From: Rhynchobatus australiae
Taxonomy: Eukaryota
DNA length: 64,000 nt
Assembly (NCBI GenBank): GCA_034780895.1
Contig: JAUZTB010000135.1
Span: 82,402,320 to 82,466,319 of the forward strand
Reading direction: 5' to 3'
Shown: positions 63,276 through 64,000 of the stretch, one piece after another
How the letters are laid out: every line of letters starts with the position of its first letter
How positions within the stretch are numbered: position 1 is the first letter of the stretch
The notes under the pieces: generated by a model
Database searches by the model: none
Seen by the model: only the letters and a program-made list of their open reading frames with translations
Told to the model about the DNA's origin: nothing
Position numbers and translations under genes: made by a program

Positions 63276-63489
63276 TAGTTCCTCCCCAGGTTATGGCAGG
63301 GTCCCACAAACTGTTCATAACTCGAACGGTCTGCGAGCTGGAAATGCAGCCATGTACCAGGTTCCCAGATGGCAGAAGATGCCTCCAACCCTGCTGCAGC
63401 CTGCAAATCCATCCTGCCCGTCTCCCAAACACTCGTTCAGATGTAAGGGCTGTACATAACTTGAGCATTTGTAAGCTGGGGAGGACCTA
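63276..63489. mobile_element. Tc1/mariner (Tigger/pogo-like) MITE with TA TSD
   Basis: TA-tagttcctcccca ... tggggaggaccta-TA: 13-bp TIRs with one mismatch, and TA on both sides (63274-63275, 63490-63491). Confidence 0.75.
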
Positions 63490-64000
63490 TATGAGTAGAG
63501 TTAATCTCAGTAGGAGTTGAGCTGCGTGCAGCAGGAGCTGAACAGGTGTTGACAGAGGCATTGAACCAGTCAAGGTCTTCATTGAGCCAAGTATAATAGG
63601 AATTGAGGTGGGCACAACTGGGTTTGAACTGGGCACAGCAGGGGTTAAGTTGAACCCAGCAGGTGGAACCAATCAGAGCAGCTTGGCTTTTCATTCCTTC
63701 TGTTCAACAACTGGTGCAAAACTGTCAACCCTCCTCCTATTTTGTTCTCCCACATTGCTACGGGATTTACTTGGGTTCTCTTATGATCCCCTCCTTAGTA
63801 TTCTTGGGTCAGCGCTCATTTCTGTATATCCTGCCTTCTTGGGTGTCCCTCAGCAAATTGGCTCTTCAAAAGCTTAGTGGTTAATTTTTCGTAGACCTGC
63901 AAGTGGATGTGGAGCCATATTTAATAATATGACTGTGCAAGTCCGTAATGGGCATTGACATGACAATATTGCTGTGCATTTCCTACCATTCATATTTTGC

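Larger units (their letters stand above)
61215..63660 (+). repeat. Degenerate ~21-bp G-rich tandem array, consensus about GAGCTGGGCACAGTAGGTATT
   Basis: Repeated units such as attgagctgggcacagtcagt attgagctgggtacatgagat, and gagctgggtgcagtaggtatt gagctgg. The period produces spurious 7-aa ELGTVGI-like ORFs. Confidence 0.88.

Noticed and set aside
61215-63660. CRISPR-like array or intact heptad-repeat protein gene
   Set aside because: No unique spacers or cas genes, and the context is eukaryotic. Frames are broken by stops, indels and TE insertions.

Overview
This window is eukaryotic, repeat-rich, AT-rich vertebrate DNA with many N gaps. The repeat families point to a cartilaginous fish, probably a batoid (inference). 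I can support no intact protein-coding gene, rRNA, tRNA gene or CRISPR array. Contents: many CR1/HER1-like, L2, Rex1-like and RTE LINE fragments; tRNA-derived V-SINEs and a Deu-SINE; a young 5'-truncated Tx1 (L1-clade) retrotransposon; decayed PIF/Harbinger transposase and Myb/SANT genes; a decayed Helitron Pif1 helicase with its 3' end; MITEs and a solo LTR; a processed RPS15 pseudogene; a two-exon GPR139-like GPCR pseudogene; a TE-poor block at about 9.3-16.8 kb with a CTCF motif; and a 2.4-kb degenerate 21-bp G-rich array. Top signals: (1) Penelope-type repeats carrying minimal hammerhead ribozyme cores, which fold back at the same point next to the core; (2) a copy of the GPCR TM7 segment inserted upstream of the gene between perfect 16-bp direct repeats with a snap-back junction; (3) a GAGCTGGG-rich array resembling Ig switch regions; (4) an old CR1 remnant that has become CpG-rich and promoter-like. 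All family names come from recognition by eye, and boundaries are approximate.
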